This document shows, piece by piece, positions 61,603-64,000 of a DNA stretch of 64,000 bases (position 1 is its first letter; each line of letters starts with the position of its first letter). The stretch is from Psychromonas arctica. Its GTDB lineage: Bacteria > Pseudomonadota > Gammaproteobacteria > Enterobacterales > Psychromonadaceae. Location of the stretch: the NCBI RefSeq assembly GCF_036697365.1, contig NZ_JBAHZA010000002.1:390549-454548 (forward strand), in the 5' to 3' direction. The translations under genes and the position numbers were made by a program. The notes beneath the pieces were generated by a model. That model had not been told where the DNA came from and did no database searches. It saw only the letters and a program-made list of their open reading frames with translations.

Positions 61603-62010
61603 TCATTTTATATACTCAAGCATTGTTAGCTTAACAATTACATTAATATTGTTATCTGTTGCCTCTATTGTAATTTTTCTATTTTCACCATCCGAAAAAC
61701 TTGACCCCACCATTTTATAACCATTAGCATTTAAATATTCTCTAAGCTCATTTTTAATTTGAGTTGAGTCTTTCATACTATGGAATATAAGAGAAATTAT
61801 CATTGGCTTATTGCCGTCACTGGAATTATAAATATAACGTTCCTCAATAATATCTGCAGATGAAATGTTTTTAAATAAATTAGGAGCGAGTAAATAATAA
61901 TCAAGCGAAGACTTAGAAAAATCCCTCCTTTCCGATAAAGATATCATCGAATAGTAAAACCCTAGTAATACAATTGATAATACACTGAAATATATTAATT
62001 TTTTTATCAC
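61603..62010 (-). CDS. hypothetical membrane-anchored protein
   Basis: N-terminal TM/signal-anchor KLIYFSVLSIVLLGFYY. 135 aa. Confidence 0.4.
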   Translation of the reverse strand: MIKKLIYFSVLSIVLLGFYYSMISLSERRDFSKSSLDYYLLAPNLFKNISSADIIEERYIYNSSDGNKPMIISLIFHSMKDSTQIKNELREYLNANGYKMVGSSFSDGENRKITIEATDNNINVIVKLTMLEYIK

Positions 62011-62055
62011 TTATTTTACCTCACAAAACAATACACCCTGCTTTACGGGAGTAAT

Positions 62056-62394
62056 TCAATTGAAAGCATGACGAAGAGACATCCTTAAAGGCGTTGATCT
62101 AGACGAGTTTGGAAGAGGATAGATATAAGGGATCGTAGTAGTATTTTTATTATCACCGCCCCCCATATTTATCCCATATTTCAAAGCGATATTTTTGCTG
62201 ACAAGTTCGCAAATAGAAATGAATTGATTATTTGGTTCTACCGCCCGATAAAACCCAATTAGGTTTGCAACAAAATCTTCTGCACTAAAACTACTATTGG
62301 TAAAGTTACTGAACAACCAATTTCCCCACATGGTTTCGAATCCTTTAGATACGCCAAGAAAAATTGCCAATGAAATTGATTTATTGTCTGCCAA
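62056..62394 (-). CDS. hypothetical protein (TTG start in ORF track; may begin at an internal ATG)
   Basis: 112 aa ORF. No recognisable motif. Confidence 0.3.
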   Translation of the reverse strand: MADNKSISLAIFLGVSKGFETMWGNWLFSNFTNSSFSAEDFVANLIGFYRAVEPNNQFISICELVSKNIALKYGINMGGGDNKNTTTIPYIYPLPNSSRSTPLRMSLRHAFN

Positions 62395-62431
62395 GCTAAT
62401 TATTTTTTTATATCATAAAAAAATAATTAGC
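62395..62431. repeat. perfect 16-bp inverted repeat with 5-nt loop exactly filling an intergenic gap
   Basis: gctaattattttttta-tatca-taaaaaaataattagc. Confidence 0.7.
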
Positions 62432-62727
62432 TACCTACCATAATAATGGCTTGCATCTGAGCATAGTACTTCCACTTTTTTCCTCTTACCTTTAAGTTTG
62501 AACACGATTTCATCTGTATTAATTGAAACAATTTCAACAAATTGGAACTGCTTACCTAATTCACCAGGAATTTCATAACTCCAACCAGCTTTTTCAGAGC
62601 GACACATGTGAAGCTTATTATTCTCAATTTTTAGAAAAAATCGCCATGATGTATCAGCGATAAGGTAATTATCATTGTGAGCCGACTTAATATTGTCAAA
62701 TAGAGATTCTTCTTCACCAAAAGTCAT
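62431..62727 (-). CDS. hypothetical protein
   Basis: 98 aa ORF, co-oriented with the islet genes. Confidence 0.35.
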   Translation of the reverse strand: MTFGEEESLFDNIKSAHNDNYLIADTSWRFFLKIENNKLHMCRSEKAGWSYEIPGELGKQFQFVEIVSINTDEIVFKLKGKRKKVEVLCSDASHYYGR

Positions 62728-62815
62728 AATTTCCCAGAGCCATATAACAGCTCAAACGCCGGATTGTGAATGTTGGCGAATTTTTTAAACGTTTTCTCAA
62801 AAAAGGTAACAGTAT

Positions 62816-63283
62816 TTACAATTCCGCGTGCTTTGGCTTGTTAAATTTTAGCTCCATTGGCTGATACGTTAGCCCTGCTGATTCTGATACACAGCCAGAA
62901 CACTCGAATCCATACTGCCGATAAGCCGAAACGGATGTTAGTGATGCGCTAACAGTGACGATATCATTTTTAGCATACGGGAGCATTGCTGAAACCAACG
63001 ACTTACCCACGCCTTTTTTCTGAGCGCCAGGAGATACGAAAAGCATGGCAATGTGGCGGCCTTCTTTAAGCTCAAGAAAACCTACTACTTCACCATTATT
63101 CTCGTAAACCAGCATTTCATTATCTGCGTCCATTCGTCTTTCTAAGCTTCCTCTAGATGCAATTCTCTGAAATGTTTGAATCCCCTTTTTTCCCAGTGTT
63201 GGTGCTATCGTTTCCATAAAAGCATCAATGCATATAGTGCTTACACCGCATAAATCTGCTGAGTTAACTTTTCTAATTGACAC
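62816..63283 (-). CDS. GNAT family N-acetyltransferase
   Basis: Motif A region VVGFLELKEGRHIAMLFVSPGAQKKGVGKSLVSAM. 155 aa. Confidence 0.75.
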   Translation of the reverse strand: MSIRKVNSADLCGVSTICIDAFMETIAPTLGKKGIQTFQRIASRGSLERRMDADNEMLVYENNGEVVGFLELKEGRHIAMLFVSPGAQKKGVGKSLVSAMLPYAKNDIVTVSASLTSVSAYRQYGFECSGCVSESAGLTYQPMELKFNKPKHAEL

Positions 63284-63390
63284 CGATGCTCCTTGTGAAC
63301 TTAACGCCTCAATAAGGGGCTAAAAATTGTTTGCTAAAATGTGTAGCGAAGTGAAACCAAGTAAACTGTTTTTAATTCCGCTTAATTAGC

Positions 63391-63738
63391 TTATTGTAAC
63401 TTTATGCTATTTTCTAACTCTTTTAACAATCTGCTATTTTCAAGTCTTAAAAAAGCAACCTCTTCTTCTAATGACATTTTCTTTTTAGCTGGCTGCTCAC
63501 CTTCATGTAAGTCTCTTATTTCAAGCATAATTTGCTCAGATGAAACAATATCTCCTACTTTTGCTTTAAAGTTATCTACAACGCCAGAACGAGGTGCTGG
63601 CAACTCTATGGATACTTTTTCACTTTCTACATCTAGCAAAACATCCCCTTCCTTAACTGCCTGCCCATCATTAACGTATATCACCGTGATTTTTGTTTCA
63701 CCCATTGAAGAGAAAAGCTCTGGAAGTTTGACATCCAT
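63391..63738 (-). CDS. biotinyl/lipoyl-attachment domain small protein with C-terminal coiled-coil tail
   Basis: The lipoyl-domain pattern EGDVLLDVESEKVSIELPAPRSGVV...VGDIVSSEQIMLEI has the E-x-E-K Lys position. RBS aaggag. Preceded by copy 2 of the repeat element. Confidence 0.5.
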   Translation of the reverse strand: MDVKLPELFSSMGETKITVIYVNDGQAVKEGDVLLDVESEKVSIELPAPRSGVVDNFKAKVGDIVSSEQIMLEIRDLHEGEQPAKKKMSLEEEVAFLRLENSRLLKELENSIKLQ

Positions 63739-63744
63739 GTTTAA

Positions 63745-64000
63745 ATACTCCTTAAGTTATAACGAGGCTGTAGAATTTCTCATTTTCAGCCCGATTATTT
63801 AAAATAAAAAACACATTAATTCATATTTAGTTGAGATTCCAATAGATAATTCGGATTTTCAATAAATGATTGATTAATTTGAGTTGTAAAGACGTATATG
63901 AAGTTATTTAGGCTGGATTATTGCGGTTTAAGGGCTTAGCCTTTGGCTTAATGTAAACTATTCCTTAACTTCTCTATATTATGAACGAGACAGTACATTT
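63745..64000. repeat. repeat element copy 2 (runs to window end)
   Basis: See copy 1. Both the hairpin and the terminal blocks are conserved. Confidence 0.6.

Noticed and set aside
59020-64000. Chromosomal integron cassette array (small co-oriented ORFs with repeats between them)
   Set aside because: Several intergenic gaps are only 36-45 bp, too short for attC sites. The repeats lack the RYYYAAC / GTTRRRY core pair: GTTATAAC does not fit GTTRRRY. Only two of eight genes carry the element, and no integrase or attI is visible in the window.
1-64000. CRISPR arrays, rRNA/tRNA genes, IS elements or transposases, prophage genes
   Set aside because: Reading both strands, I found no regularly spaced direct repeats, no tRNA-like cloverleaf candidates, and no transposase, integrase or phage structural motifs.

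Overview
This window is a low-GC chromosomal segment of about 64 kb that looks gamma-proteobacterial and marine (Alteromonadales- or Vibrionales-like). Most of it is ordinary housekeeping and accessory metabolism, listed here in order. The window opens with a partial comEC/rec2 N-terminus on the minus strand running off the start; the ORF track misses it because it runs off the window edge (no stop inside the window). Then come a DUF2062 gene, an outer-membrane beta-barrel protein, pepN, the Pat/YfiQ-type protein acetyltransferase and a NorM MATE pump. A LysR regulator sits divergent from an NADP-oxidoreductase, followed by a TetR-MFS-haloacid dehalogenase group, acnB and msrA. Next are a LysE exporter, a DUF1127 gene and a MocR regulator, then a PhyH-like dioxygenase, a gluconolactonase, an ICMT-like methyltransferase, an FMN reductase, a Cof phosphatase and a RecQ-family helicase. 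After a Bcr-type MFS pump come an EamA transporter, an AraC regulator with a PF06189 5'-nucleotidase, a B12-binding radical-SAM protein, a TauD-like dioxygenase and gpmI. The opgG-opgH-opgD periplasmic glucan genes lie further right. Three parts stand out. (1) An operon at 38857-46628 encodes a YqiJ/NfeD-like membrane protein, a long flotillin/SPFH protein, and a 1634-aa protein with a single C-terminal MoxR/AAA_5-type ATPase module. The operon ends in a clean terminator. The flotillin-NfeD pair is classical, but the giant ATPase partner is uncharacterised. (2) A compact three-gene operon at 47740-50654 encodes a DUF262 (ParB/GmrSD-N-like, DGQQR motif) protein, an ABC-like AAA_21/DUF3696-type ATPase, and a 249-aa protein of unknown function. 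The starts and stops overlap. The operon sits between AT-rich intergenic regions and is a good candidate anti-phage defence module. (3) A terminal islet at 58.4-64 kb carries small minus-strand ORFs, several with signal peptides, plus a GNAT and a lipoyl-domain protein. Two unrelated genes there are each preceded by a copy of the same ~265-bp element containing a conserved hairpin. The islet also holds shorter 3'-end repeats and a perfect 16-bp palindrome. A DnaQ-exonuclease::GIY-YIG fusion gene sits just upstream of the islet. I found no rRNA, tRNA, CRISPR, IS or prophage signatures. The ORF track reports the most upstream ATG/GTG/TTG start, so several start codons are uncertain.
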